This document shows, one piece after another, positions 29,096 to 40,215 of a stretch of 64,000 nt of DNA. Below the pieces are notes generated by a model. The model saw only the letters and a program-made list of their open reading frames with translations, had not been told where the DNA came from and made no database searches. The first letter of the stretch is position 1; every line of letters starts with the position of its first letter. The translations under genes were made by a program, and so were the position numbers. This DNA comes from Magallana gigas (Eukaryota), in NCBI RefSeq assembly GCF_963853765.1, contig NC_088862.1, forward strand, positions 24,180,001-24,244,000, written 5' to 3'.

Positions 29096-30365
29096 TACAC
29101 AGCTACACTTTTAACATACATGTACTAGACTCTCGCCCTGTGAATATTCAATTTATTACAGCTAATATATTATAATTCATATAATAAATTTCTTAGATAC
29201 ACATTTTTGTGTGTTCATTATGATAATTGTATATGGGGAATATGATTATGGCACTTTGGCTCGAATTAAGATCAGAAAGTTGAATATAATAATTATGTTA
29301 TAACTTTTGTTCCATTTTTAATCAGACTGAAAATATATAATTATAAAGAGGATCTAACGAAATCTCGAATGGAACTTTGAACAGTTAAAACTGCAACACA
29401 TAGCGGAATTTGACATTTAGCGATAAATAATAGCTGTTAACAATATGTGATATTAATAAACGTAAACTTTCAATTAATAAGCTATGACATTGACGCATAA
29501 ATATGAATACATATACGCATGAACAGATGAGCAAACAAAATAGGATATGCAATCTCCTCACTCATTCACAATGAAATCTCTTTAATAGTTTTGTTTTATT
29601 CTGTTTTACTATAAAACACAAAAAGCGGATTGTTTGACGTCATGGCTATAGAGAACGTCTAGTATATTAATTTCCTTAATGTGCCGATAAAAATCGCGCC
29701 ATACGTCACGGGGATATTGAGAAAGAACGGAAAGTTCAACGATTGACGAAATCATTCGATTTAAATACGTACGGTAAGCTCAGCACAAAAAAATAGATGA
29801 AGAGTTGGAGAATAATACACCACTGATTACTGGAATTATTTCGAATATAAACTTCTTTATGAAACGGTTCAGCTGATCGTTTTTCGATTATTTGGTTTGA
29901 TTAACTGGTATTTAGAAATAACATCGCAAGATATTTCGTTTTGAATAACAAAACAAAAATACAAAGGAAAGTAATTTAACATTTAGTTTAGTTTAAACAA
30001 TATTTATTGGTATTTTTTACAATTGCAGATATATATATATTTGACATAATGTACAATAAGATTGGGGAAACAAGCAAAAAGGCCTATACAAATCCTTCTC
30101 TTAGATTTAGAGAAAATATGAGAGGTGCAAATTTCATGCATGTAAAGAATCAGAAAGCTTATATAAAGAGGGAAAAAGCCCAATCAATTTTAACATTATT
30201 TATGAAATTGTATTTTTGAAAAAAGATAATGGCAGATTTATTATTGAATTCTCTTGAACCGGGGGGAGGGGGGTCATGACATGCTTATATGGGTGATATA
30301 AAAGGAATAAAATTAATTAATCTTTAAAGTATATAATTATATTTAAAAAAAAAAATAATCCTAAC

Positions 30366-30368
<3 letters not shown>

Positions 30369-30434
<66 letters not shown>
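30369..30434. repeat. (CT)n microsatellite
   Basis: Perfect run. Confidence 0.98.
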
Positions 30435-30438
<4 letters not shown>

Positions 30439-31006
30439 TCGCTTTAAATTATGATATCTCATTTCCCTTAGACCAAGTCACTGCTTGTTTTTGCTCTACG
30501 GATTTCCGTTTGTGTACATGTTTATAAAAAAGAAAAATACCTCTTTTCATAAAAAAAATGCCTCTCTGTGCACGCATCAAGATTATTGCGTTCAACACTT
30601 AGATCAATACTATCCTATTTATTCTGATAACCGCGCTGCGAAAATAAAACAGAATAAAAATGTTATCACTCATGGCTAAACAAAAATAGGAAGGAAAAAA
30701 TACGAGAGTATGTATGTTTTCCCCTAAAAGCAAATCTTAATCTTGGGGTTAAACCACTTGCCTTAAATTTCATTTTCTCCATAATATTTCGTTTGGGTCA
30801 ATTATTTTGACCGCAGTTTTGTAGAAAGCTGTACAATTTACATTTTCTCGACACTTGGTTTCAACGCAATTCTTAATTGACGATTTCATTTTCTATTCTT
30901 TCCAATCTTGTTTGATTTTTTCTTAAGGAGAATGGGTGGTCAAAAGATGAACCATCCGATCTACATGTATCTTAAGTTTTCATATATTATTTGTTAAGGT
31001 ACACAA

Positions 31007-31427
31007 TACTGTAGATTTCTTACTAAACACGAGGAATTGATGTCCGCGTAAAATCGCATGAAGCAGCCTTCACGGATTTTAAAATATTGCCATTTTCTGA
31101 GAGTTAAGAACTATAAAGATATTAGGAGAAAAGTTCGCGGTTTTATATTCTCGCGATTTGATACAAAACAGCGGGATCGCGGAATTAGGTACTCGCGTAA
31201 TACTGTGGATTTATCAATATTTGCTGAATACCAATTTTCGTGGAATTCGTTGTTAAGTTTATCCATTAAATTGAATGTTCATTGAAGTGCAATTTCTACT
31301 ATCAATTTGTATTCATGCGGCCATTGGCCACGAATTTACGTATCCTTGAAACTTTGATTTTCACTTTTTTCACGAAAATTGATACCCTTGAATATTAATG
31401 TAACCACAGTATAAGGAATTTACAGTA
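31007..31427. mobile_element. Outer TA-flanked MITE (tactgtag...tacagta), interrupted in its right TIR
   Basis: tactgtagatttctta vs reverse complement of right end tactgtaaattcctta. Confidence 0.75.
31201..31411. mobile_element. Inner TA-flanked MITE (tactgtgg...ccacagta)
   Basis: TIRs tactgtggatttatcaatattt / aatattaatgtaaccacagta; TA duplicated. Confidence 0.8.
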
Positions 31428-31683
31428 TCATTTTGTAAAGAAATATCAAATATATTTCAGCTTCTAAATTTGATTATTTTCCTACATTTTTATACAAAGC
31501 TCTTCTTTTCAAGGAGATCAATAAAGTCTAAAAATGACCATAACCATCGAGCCGTCTTAAGCATTATATTATTTGAAACTATCAGTTTTTCCTTAAACAA
31601 GATACATATGAGGACTCGTGTTAACTTCTCTCTACCAGATTATTGTTCAGATGTCTTGACCCCAATCCATAATATAGAATTAC

Positions 31684-31803
31684 TAATAAGGTTATGAGAC
31701 ATGAACGTTTGATTCCATGTCAATATTACTTTTGTAATAAGGTATGTATAATAAGGTTATAAGACATGAACGTTTAATTCCATACCATGTCAATATTACT
31801 TTG
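31684..31803. repeat. Local tandem duplication of about 55 bp
   Basis: taataaggttat(g/a)agacatgaacgttt(g/a)attccat...gtcaatattacttt occurs twice. Confidence 0.8.
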
Positions 31804-31994
31804 TCAAACCTTTGCCTTACGCTAAAGTTCAATGAACAATGTACTTTTTTTTAATAGTTTTTTTTAATTTCTTTGAATAACAAATAGCAAATAACAATTA
31901 TTATAATCTTAGTAAGTATATTTTTTAAAGATATTATTTTCAAGGGAAAATATCTTAGTTGGTTTCTATATTAAAAAAGAAAAGAGAGTAGAAG

Positions 31995-31996
<2 letters not shown>

Positions 31997-32074
<78 letters not shown>
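31997..32074. repeat. (TA)n microsatellite
   Basis: Perfect run. Confidence 0.98.
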
Positions 32075-32078
<4 letters not shown>

Positions 32079-32857
32079 TATAAAAAAAAATGGCGGCAAC
32101 TCATTGTATAAATGTATAAATTGTATAAATGTATAAATTGTATAAATGTATAAACAGGCATTGCAATACAACATACGCATAAAGTGAGGCTATTGCTGTT
32201 GTTTTTTGATATTTAAAATATTGATAGACAAATTTGATTGTGCAATGTACGTATATGACATATTTAACATTGCTTGTTTTCATAAATTGCTAGTAGAGTA
32301 CACCTGTTAAATTTTATTATTTCAAAATGCATAAATTATCTATATATAGATAAGTGTAAACCTTGAAAAGTGTTTTTTTTTTCTGTATATCTGTTCTTTG
32401 TAGTTTCCGGCAAATCTCATTCGGGTTTTTTGAACCAATAGTTTAAATGTAAACCATAATTGAAAAAAAATATTCTTCCTCTTTTTTATTTTAAAATATT
32501 TAGTAACTATGTTAAAATCACAACAAATGTCAAGTGTAAATTGCTTCCTTGTTACAAAACTCTTTAATCATTCCGGTTTCTTTGGGTTTTTTTAAATTTG
32601 AATTCAAAGGATATGTCCTTGTGAAATATTTTAACTTTACAGAAACATATTCATAATGCATATTTCTATTTCTTTAAATTCATATATGTCAGAGAGGGAA
32701 AGCGATACAAAATAAGATAAGTATAATATACTAGAACAAAAGTTTGTGTGCGAACACAGACTTCCTGAAAAAATCCATCAACCCATTGTTGATGATATAT
32801 GTGCATTGCCTGAACAAAGTATTTAATTATGAGCGCACACAAATGAGAGAACGTACT

Positions 32858-33570
32858 TGATAATGTACGTAAGTTGGGGGACGAGTGTATTGATAATGTA
32901 CGTAAGTTGGAGGACGAGCGTATTGAAAATGTACGTAAGTTGGAGGAAGAACGTATTGATAATGTACGTGTGTTGGAGGAAGAGCAAATTGATAATGTAC
33001 GTAAGTTGGAGGACGAGCGTATTGATAATGTACGTGTGTTGGAGGAAGAGCGAATTGATAATGTACGTGTGTTGGAGGAAGAGCGAATTGATAATGTACG
33101 TGTGTTAGAAAAAGAGCGTATAAATAATGTACGTAAGTTGGAGGAAGAGTGCATTGAAAATGTACGTGTGTTGGAGGAAGAGCGTATTGATAATGTACGT
33201 GTGTTGAAGGAAGAGTGTATTGATAATGTACGTGTGTAGGAGGAAGAGTGTATTTGATAATGTACATATATTGGAGGAAGAGCGTATTTGAAAATTTACG
33301 TGTATTGGAGGAAGAGTGTATTTCATAATGTATGTGTGTTGGAGGAAAAGCGTATTTGATAATGTACGTGTGTTGGAGGAAAAGCGTACTTGATCATGTA
33401 CGTGTATTGGAGGAAGAGCGTTTTTGATAATGTACGTGTTTCGGAGGAAGAGCGTATTTGATAATGTACGTGTGTTGAAGGAAGAGCGTATTGATAATGT
33501 ACGTGTGTTGAAGGAAGAGCGTATTGATAATGTACGTGTGTTGTAGGAGGAGCGTATTGATAACGTACGT
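32858..33570. repeat. 33/34-bp minisatellite, about 21 units
   Basis: Unit attgataatgtacgt(gtg/aag)ttggaggaagagcgt; explains the ORFs at 32666-33584. Confidence 0.95.
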
Positions 33571-34362
33571 GCATCAATGGTCAAGCCTATTTGATTACAT
33601 ACTTTTTTGGAAGTGAAAAAACCGTATTTGTGACGTTATTTTCCGGAATGGTTATATTATGTAAACGTGAAAGAATGTATTGTATATTTTATGTACATGT
33701 AGTTAAGGATAGACGTACATGTATATAGATGTATACGTCACATTTTTGAAGAAACACATATAAAACGATTCAAAATGCAAGCCTAGCGTCATGACGAATG
33801 CAGTTCTACTAAATGGCATATATATCTGTTATAGATTTGATCAGCTTTCAAAGCGGAGGTAATGACTTTATGCGACGCTAGGATCAATCAAGTCATTTCA
33901 TTTGTCGCATGGAACAGAAAACGCTCCAAGAATTCAATTACACTCGGGAACCTTTCCAATCTCTCTGCCATAACTATTTTTCCCCTTGAGCGAGCCGTCT
34001 CTGTGTGTAACGCTCTTCCGTCAGTTAGGAGCTTCGTGGCCTTCCAAACGCATTTGCTGTAAAAGCTGGTCCCATTTTATCGATCCCTTGTATTTTTGTT
34101 CCTGAACTGCTGGCAATGCATATTCCAATTGGCAATCCTATTGGAAATGTCAAATTGACAGTTCAAATAGATTGAGTCCCTTGGGTTATGCGATATTTTA
34201 ATACTTGAGCGATTTCAATTACCATGAAATATTTACATTGTGTTCTTTGCAGCAGACACAGGGCTTTCGTCGTTTCAATGAGTGAGTAAGATGTTATAGA
34301 GATAGTCTGAGGACTGAAGTCTTTTCTTTTTGAGCTCTGGAATGGTTTACTTTTTCAAGTGA

Positions 34363-34366
<4 letters not shown>

Positions 34367-34427
<61 letters not shown>
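34367..34427. repeat. (CT)n microsatellite
   Basis: Perfect run. Confidence 0.98.
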
Positions 34428-34430
<3 letters not shown>

Positions 34431-35529
34431 TTTTTTTAAACCGTAACTATATACCCATATTTTTATGACATATAAATGATTTAACAAAATAATACAAAAA
34501 TTGATATACAAGAATTATTATTTAGTAAAGGAAAACTATGGAAAATTTTGTATACAGTAAATATCTATTAAGATGAATAATGAAGTGTACGTTTTTATAT
34601 CCTTTACCCATAATTCAACGTTCCACAAGCGGAAGTGACATAATCTTGGGATTTGTTTTAAACCTGGACGATAAATTCTCAAAATAACCTATTTACTAAA
34701 CTATAGGGCACTCTTTATTGAGATGGTCTTAATAAGAAAAGTATATGAGTCGGAAGTCTTTAACCGTATTTTCATCCGCTAACATTGTAAGATGAAATTA
34801 AACAACATCAAAATGGGAAGTAAATTATCAAGAACACGATTAAAAAACGGTCTTTACATTTGTATTTCATGTAAAATGTACGTGTCTTACTACACTTACT
34901 TTAAACGACACCAATAACACACAATAAGGCAAAGGGAAATAACGCATGTAAGATACGTACAACATAGCGTTGACGAGTTATCCTTCCTTATATATCAGCG
35001 CTCATGCGCAATTCAGAATGCCACAGAAATAACTATCAAAAATACCTTTACTAAACAATATATAATAGTTTTAAATCTGAAAGCTTATTTTCATTGAAGC
35101 GTTAACCATACAATTCCTAACATATACTCCAGTACCTTATAATGACATCATAATTACAACCACAGATGAAGCTTCACAACAAAGTCCGTAGACTCACGGG
35201 TTAATCGGTCCGTTGTAACTGAAAATTGAAATGAAATATAAAAGGAATAAAATACTTGGATTTTTTTTTATCAAATATCATTATATAAAAATTAAATATT
35301 AATATGAATAATTATATCATTTAATATAAAATGTATTAAAAAGAAATATAAATCTCTGTATGTGATAAAATGCGTGGTAGATATTATCTTTCGTATAAAT
35401 AAATGAATCAGTATTTCATCAGTGAGACTAACAACAATACAGTTGATGCATGTATATCACACCTTTTGTGTTAAATTACCACTTGAGTGACATAAAAAAT
35501 ATTACTAATATTTATCAGAATGTGAATTA

Positions 35530-35659
35530 TGCAAGCCATGTAAATTTTACTCGATTTATACTAGATTCAGAAGCTTCACAAAAATACAAACAATATACAA
35601 AAAAAACACACCCCCAAAGATATAGAGCAGATTCCAGTTGTAAATATTCTACCAAGCCT
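35530..35659 (+). pseudogene. Penelope-like RT fragment, left of the insertion
   Basis: Degenerate equivalent of LYWIPKLHK.PYK.RYIA.S.KCSTKP; contiguous with 39491 in the paralog. Confidence 0.7.
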
Positions 35660-35940
35660 TGTAGCAACCTCTAATGATACAACGTCCACTAATGATATAA
35701 TGTTGCATTAGTGGTCAGGATGTTGACCACTAATGATATAATTTTATCATTAACGAACAACCTAACCGTCCGCTAATGATATAATTTTAGATTTATATCA
35801 TTAGCGGTCAAAAACCGTAGCCTCTAATGATATGGGAAAAAAATGAGAAATAAGGACTACCTTGACCACTAATGATACACATTTGCATACATTTTTAATT
35901 GCATTAGTGGATGGATTTGCAACCTTTAATGATATAATAG

Positions 35941-36083
35941 NNNNNNNNNNNNNNNNNNNNNNNNNNNNNNNNNNNNNNNNNNNNNNNNNNNNNNNNNNNN
36001 NNNNNNNNNNNNNNNNNNNNNNNNNNNNNNNNNNNNNNNNNNNNNNNNNNNNNNNNNNNNNNNNNNNNNNNNNNNNNNNNNNN
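35941..36083. other. Assembly gap (N)
   Basis: N run. Confidence 1.
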
Positions 36084-37128
36084 GATACTGCATAAGAATT
36101 GGTTAATTTTTTTATTATTTTTTTTTTTTGGTGGGGGGGGGGGGGCGTTATTTGATCATATACATGTATTTTGTCCGTTATTGTAAAATACACCATTCTG
36201 ACATTACCCTGATATTTTGCCTTTTTACTTGAACTGAAATAGTCGCATACAGACAAAATACATACCTTTTATGACTTCGTCTGTTTACTTGAAGATCCAA
36301 ATTGATTATCATTAATCAAAAAGGACTTGTGCTAAATATTTTTAGTTGAAGAAAGTTTGAAGAAAAGCAATTTTACGATATTAAAACATTATTGATAAAC
36401 TTTTAGCGGGATTTTATTAACATGAAAAAGGTCCAATTCATAAGACTTATTCTGCCTGGTGCAGGCAGATAGCTATTCTTGCACAACGCAAACAAAAGTC
36501 ACACGGGTTTCATACATGTATTTTGTGTGGAAACGTTGCCGTCATGAATAATATTGGTAAAAAACTACAACAAATAGAAATAACAAATTACTAAATAGGA
36601 ATATATAGAATTTAACTTTATACCTTTAACTGTAAATTACTTTAAAGACCATAATGGTGTGCCATACTTTTAAGAATGTTTTATCTGTAAAATAAATTTC
36701 CATCTGTAACTATACTTCAAAAATACAATTTAATACTAACAAATTTGAGCAATTACTTCAATAAAAAAGACTTACTTAGTGGTTCGAGGCACGCATCTAA
36801 CAAGATTGAAGACGATTGACAAAGTGAGATCGGACTGGTCAGTAAGGCTGACAGGAAGTGAGTGATTGACCAGATATAGTTAACTTGTACCAAAAATGAT
36901 TACCGGGTATATTAAACTCAAAGTGGTTAGCTTGTAAAAAAATATTTCTGAAGAATTTTAAAATTAAACCATAGACAACACAAGACTATTTGCTATTATG
37001 GTCTGTAGCACAATTGAATCACTAATTTATTGTTAAGTTGAATATGTGGGTTTGTTAATTATACCTTAGAACAACAAAGAATATGAAATAATGTTGGTTG
37101 AATTAAAACTACTTCAACAATGGTGATT

Positions 37129-38999
37129 ATGTCGGTGTAACAAAAAATGTTAACCCGGGTTAAAAATTGACCCGGGTTTGATAAAATTATATCATTAGTG
37201 GTCAACATTCTGTCCACTAATGCAACATTATATCGTTAGTGGTCAGTGTATCATTATATAAATAGTGCCTGTTTGGGAGGTTAACAGTTGAAATTGACAC
37301 CCCGAGAGAACCATTGTCAACCGACCGCTTCGCGTCGGTTGACAATGGTTTTCGAGGGGTGTCAATTTCAACTGTTATCCTCCCAAATAGGCACTATTTA
37401 TTTTATTATACTGAATGTCTTAATTTTAAAGAAATTTTTCTGCTTTTGTATAGAAATGACGTGAATTCTACGGCGAACTGTACGCGCATAATTTACGCGC
37501 ATGTAACAATTCGTTGTGTTACCCGTTGCCAAGTGTGTTGCTAACGCTGAGGGTAATAGAGCAAATTATCAACTGCGTCTAAACCAATCAGATTTCAGTA
37601 TTTAACATGAAAGTATAATAAAAGAGGTTGCTACATACCACGTTTTCAGTCAAATGAAATATTAAATGATTGAAGTCAGAAAAATCAACCTTTGAAATGT
37701 CAAATTACCCAAGACGGCAAATATAGCGGATAGTATGAAAGAGTTAAAGTTTTGAAACCGAAACTTTTAAGTACACACATGTACAATTAAACTGTGAAGA
37801 GCAAGTTACACTTCTGTTCAAAGACAGTTCAAAACTTTGAAGTCGGAGTCAATTTTCAACAGGGTCAGTTTTCAACGTGTCGATGTCCTTAGAAGTTTGA
37901 AAAATATTTTTCAAGCTGTTGAAAACTGACCCCAGGTATAATTTCACGACTTTTGGTATCAATTTTTCAACGTTGAAAAATGATATCCGGGTCAAATTTC
38001 AACCCGGGTCAAGATTCCTCGTTACGCCGGCGAATGCGTCATAAATGTCCAATACTCCCTAAACACACCCACGAAAAAGTTTCTGTGTAGTGTTTGTATC
38101 TGTATTGAACACAATATTTTTTTCTGTCAAATCAAGATAAGTAGCTTATTAATCATAATTTTGTTAATCTTGCAAGTTTAAGAAAAGTTATTGCTAAGTT
38201 GAATTAATTAAATAATCACTGATCGCGACTTGTCTGATAAAAATATGAAAACTGCTCATTATTGTGCTGTCAGTTAATTATCATGACTTCTCAAAATAAA
38301 TTAAAGTTGAAGCGATTTACCGGAAATATAACATAAACGGCCGGTATTGGTTTGACAATCTTAGCAAACCACGGTCAACATGAACGATCATGGTGGAGAG
38401 AGATATATATATAAACGGACACCGGACCATGGCTTGAGACGATGTTGTTTGACATATATTCCTTTTAGCTCTATCTACACAGTTTAACAACAAGAGACAG
38501 AGTTCTTAGTCTTAATAACAAACTGTTGCTATCGGGAAAAAAACCCGAAACAAAAACAAGCAAAAACAAAAATCCATATCAGCATGAATATCGGACAATA
38601 TTAGGAATTTAAACATGGAGCTGAATTTTTTTATCAGATACAAAATAATTAGGTAGAGCAAGTTCCATTTCAGAGACAGTTCAAAAACCTGTAGTTGGTC
38701 AATTTTCAACGTGTGAGGTCATCGGAGATTAGAAAAAAAAACTTTTTTGAGCGTTTGGTCGCAGTTTTAACGTTAGAAAAGCCCCCGCCCCTCCTCCCCC
38801 CCCCGCCCCCCAATATCCCAAATCAATAATCAATGTTGAAAAATGAAATCCGGGTATACATTTCACGACGTTTGGTCTCAGTTTTCAACGTTAAAAAAGC
38901 CCACCACCCCCACCCCCTCCCCGAATCAATAATCAATGTTGAAAAATGAAACGCGGGCCAATTTTTAACTTGGGCTAATATTCTTTGTTACAACGACAT
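37129..38999. mobile_element. Nested TIR element (atgtcg(g/t)tgtaacaaa...) with ttttcaacg-rich subterminal repeats
   Basis: atgtcggtgtaacaaaaaatgttaacccgggttaaaaattgacccg vs reverse complement of right end atgtcgttgtaacaaagaatattagcccaagttaaaaattggcccg; a further right-end-like copy ends near 38030. Confidence 0.6.
37259..37619 (+). mobile_element. Palindrome-plus-tail element (Crypton-like non-autonomous)
   Basis: Palindrome 37259-37400 with arms of about 67 bp and apex cgcttcgcg, then a tail of about 220 bp; inverted relative at 45403-45677. Confidence 0.75.
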
Positions 39000-39056
39000 G
39001 ATCCCTATTGTTTAAGTAGTTTTATTTCAACCAACTTTATTTGATATTCCTTGTTG

Positions 39057-39215
39057 NNNNNNNNNNNNNNNNNNNNNNNNNNNNNNNNNNNNNNNNNNNN
39101 NNNNNNNNNNNNNNNNNNNNNNNNNNNNNNNNNNNNNNNNNNNNNNNNNNNNNNNNNNNNNNNNNNNNNNNNNNNNNNNNNNNNNNNNNNNNNNNNNNNN
39201 NNNNNNNNNNNNNNN
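39057..39215. other. Assembly gap (N)
   Basis: N run. Confidence 1.
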
Positions 39216-39490
39216 TAAAGGTTGCAAATCCATCCACTTATGCAATTGAAAATGTGTGCAAATGTATATCATTAGTGGTCAAGGTAGTACTTATTTCTCA
39301 GTTTTTTTCCATATCATTAGAGGTTACGGTTTTTGACCGCTAATGATACAAATCTGAAATTATATCATTAGCGGACGGTTAGGTTGTTCGTTAATGATAA
39401 AATTATATCATTAGTGGTCAACATCCTGACCACTAATGAAACATTACATCATTAGTGGACGTTGTATCATTAGAGGTTGCTACAAAGCCT

Positions 39491-40215
39491 ATTTCTTTCC
39501 TACTTACTAGAATTCTTAATACTGAGTATAGTGAAGGAGAAACTTCAAAAATACTATACAACAATATACTCCAGCTAGAAGCGATGTGAATCAGATATAG
39601 TTACTTAAAAACTCTAACGAATTATTAAAAACTTTGAGATCACAAAATCTTACCTAAATCAATAACATCAAAACGTACAATTTTTCAACACTTTACACAA
39701 CCATTTCCCCATTACAAATTAAAATTTAGGCTTTTTGATATCATCGATAGTTGTTCCTTAAATACAAATGGGACTCGTAAAATTTCTTTAGTTACCTTGT
39801 CATTGGAAGTCTACAAAATAATAATGTTAAAAGCCATTCTGACTGTACACACAGGTACTCTAGGTCTGCTGTTTACATTAAAGAGGTGTGTGAATTTTCT
39901 GTTACACAACATCTGTGTAGAGTTTAAAGACCAAAATTTAATATTCCAACAATCAGTTGGAATTCCAACGGACACAAATTGTGCTCCTCTTTTGGCTGAT
40001 TTAGTTTTATATTCATATGAAGCAGAATTTATTCAAAAGCTTGTGCAAGAAAAAAATAAAACACTTGCCAAGGCCTTCAACGCGAGATTTAGATACATTG
40101 GTGATGTTCTATCCATTAACAACATAAGTTTTTTAATACTTGTTTGTCATTATTTATATACCAGACTGACAACGGTTTCGGCAGGGGGTGCTTAGTCCTC
40201 CTAAGCGCCTGCAGG
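39491..40215 (+). pseudogene. Penelope-like element reverse transcriptase, decayed
   Basis: KTYNFSTLYTTI, QQSVGIPTDTNCAPLLADLVLYSYEAEFIQKL, FRYIGDVLSINN correspond to PLE RT motifs DFSTLYT / GIPMG / YIDD, with catalytic Asp substitutions, stops and frameshifts. Confidence 0.9.

Larger units (their letters stand above)
35660..39484. mobile_element. Non-autonomous DNA-transposon-like element: TGT...ACA ends, TIRs of at least 270 bp, 6-bp TSD AAGCCT
   Basis: TSD at 35654-35659 and 39485-39490; single aagcct at the paralogous empty site 47319-47324; both TIRs run into N gaps. Confidence 0.9.

Noticed and set aside
24187-33570. CRISPR-like regular repeats
   Set aside because: Units are directly tandem with no unique spacers, no cas genes, and the context is eukaryotic.
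32666-33584. Long repetitive ORFs on the minus strand
   Set aside because: The minisatellite unit simply lacks stop codons on that strand; all frames are open.
36780-36865. VRGTHLTRLKTIDKVRSDWSVRL as a hAT dimerisation remnant
   Set aside because: Similarity too weak and unsupported by adjacent sequence.
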